From a virus (Duplodnaviria > Heunggongvirae > Uroviricota > Caudoviricetes), in the IMG/VR virus record IMGVR_UViG_2671180283_000029, positions 1-23,822 of that record: DNA of 23,822 bases; one strand, written 5' to 3'. The translations under genes and the position numbers were made by a program. Shown here piece by piece: positions 23,660 to 23,822 of this stretch; within the stretch, counting starts at the first letter, position 1; each line of letters starts with the position of its first letter. Below the pieces are notes generated by a model. That model was not told where the DNA came from, did not search any database, and saw only the letters and a program-made list of their open reading frames with translations.

Positions 23660-23822
23660 CATGCTAAAACAGCAAGATATGACCGAAACCGCCAGAGTGG
23701 TGTTTAATGAATTGAGCGTCACCGAACCGGCGACAGTCGGGGAGATTGCGCAGAATACTTACCTTTCACGCGAACGCTGCCAGTTAATACTGACCCAGCT
23801 GGTTATGGCGGGTCTGGCAGAC
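23660..23822 (+). CDS. hypothetical protein, 3'-partial (runs off the window end)
   Basis: ATG at 23660 preceded by a GAAGGG SD-like sequence; reading frame open to the window end (MLKQQDMTETARVVFNELSVTEPATVGEIAQNTYLSRERCQLILTQLVMAGLAD); not in the track because it has no stop. Confidence 0.3.

Noticed and set aside
23385-23660. tRNA genes downstream of Q, as found in Stx phages
   Set aside because: I scanned for T-arm-like GGTTCGAATCC-type motifs and cloverleaf potential and found none; the region holds only the intrinsic terminator.
22692-23822. Shiga toxin stxA/stxB downstream of Q
   Set aside because: The single 205-aa ORF has neither the size and organisation of an A subunit (~315 aa) followed by a B subunit (~89 aa) nor any toxin-like signal peptide; this is a stx-negative prophage at this locus.
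1-23822. IS elements or transposases as the cause of the junctions
   Set aside because: No transposase-like ORF (DDE motifs) and no terminal inverted repeats were seen; both elements carry site-specific recombinases instead.

Overview
The window is a composite of two different integrated mobile elements separated by a ~430-bp remnant of a chromosomal gene. Left (1 to ~7500): an AT-rich, phage-like element with compact, SD-led, translationally coupled plus-strand genes, a tape-measure-like protein, and a convergent large serine recombinase at its right edge; it continues beyond the window start. Middle (~7484-7921): an internally truncated DUF72 gene fragment that I recognise from memory as yecE-like. 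Right (7909 to end): a lambdoid prophage in lambda-like order: tyrosine integrase and excisionase, a tightly coupled leftward early operon of small unknown genes including an SPFH/band-7 lipoprotein pair, a small independently promoted module in the rexAB position, cI (HTH plus S24 peptidase), operator region, cro-like gene, three consecutive Rha-domain genes (two are tandem duplicates), a replication module (initiator with internal iterons, DnaC-like loader, DnaB-like helicase), a DUF968/HNH-like protein, a Q-like antiterminator, an AT-rich single-gene moron, an intrinsic terminator and a partial ORF. I found no rRNA, tRNA, CRISPR array, transposase or Shiga toxin genes. Best candidates for an undescribed system: the cI-adjacent module (13148-14330), the moron after Q (22767-23384), the SPFH lipoprotein pair (10360-11372), and the AT-rich serine-recombinase element itself. 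All family assignments are from reading motifs by eye, GC statements are visual estimates, and no database search was run. The supplied ORF track allows GTG/TTG starts, so several starts were moved to an internal ATG with a Shine-Dalgarno (SD) sequence.
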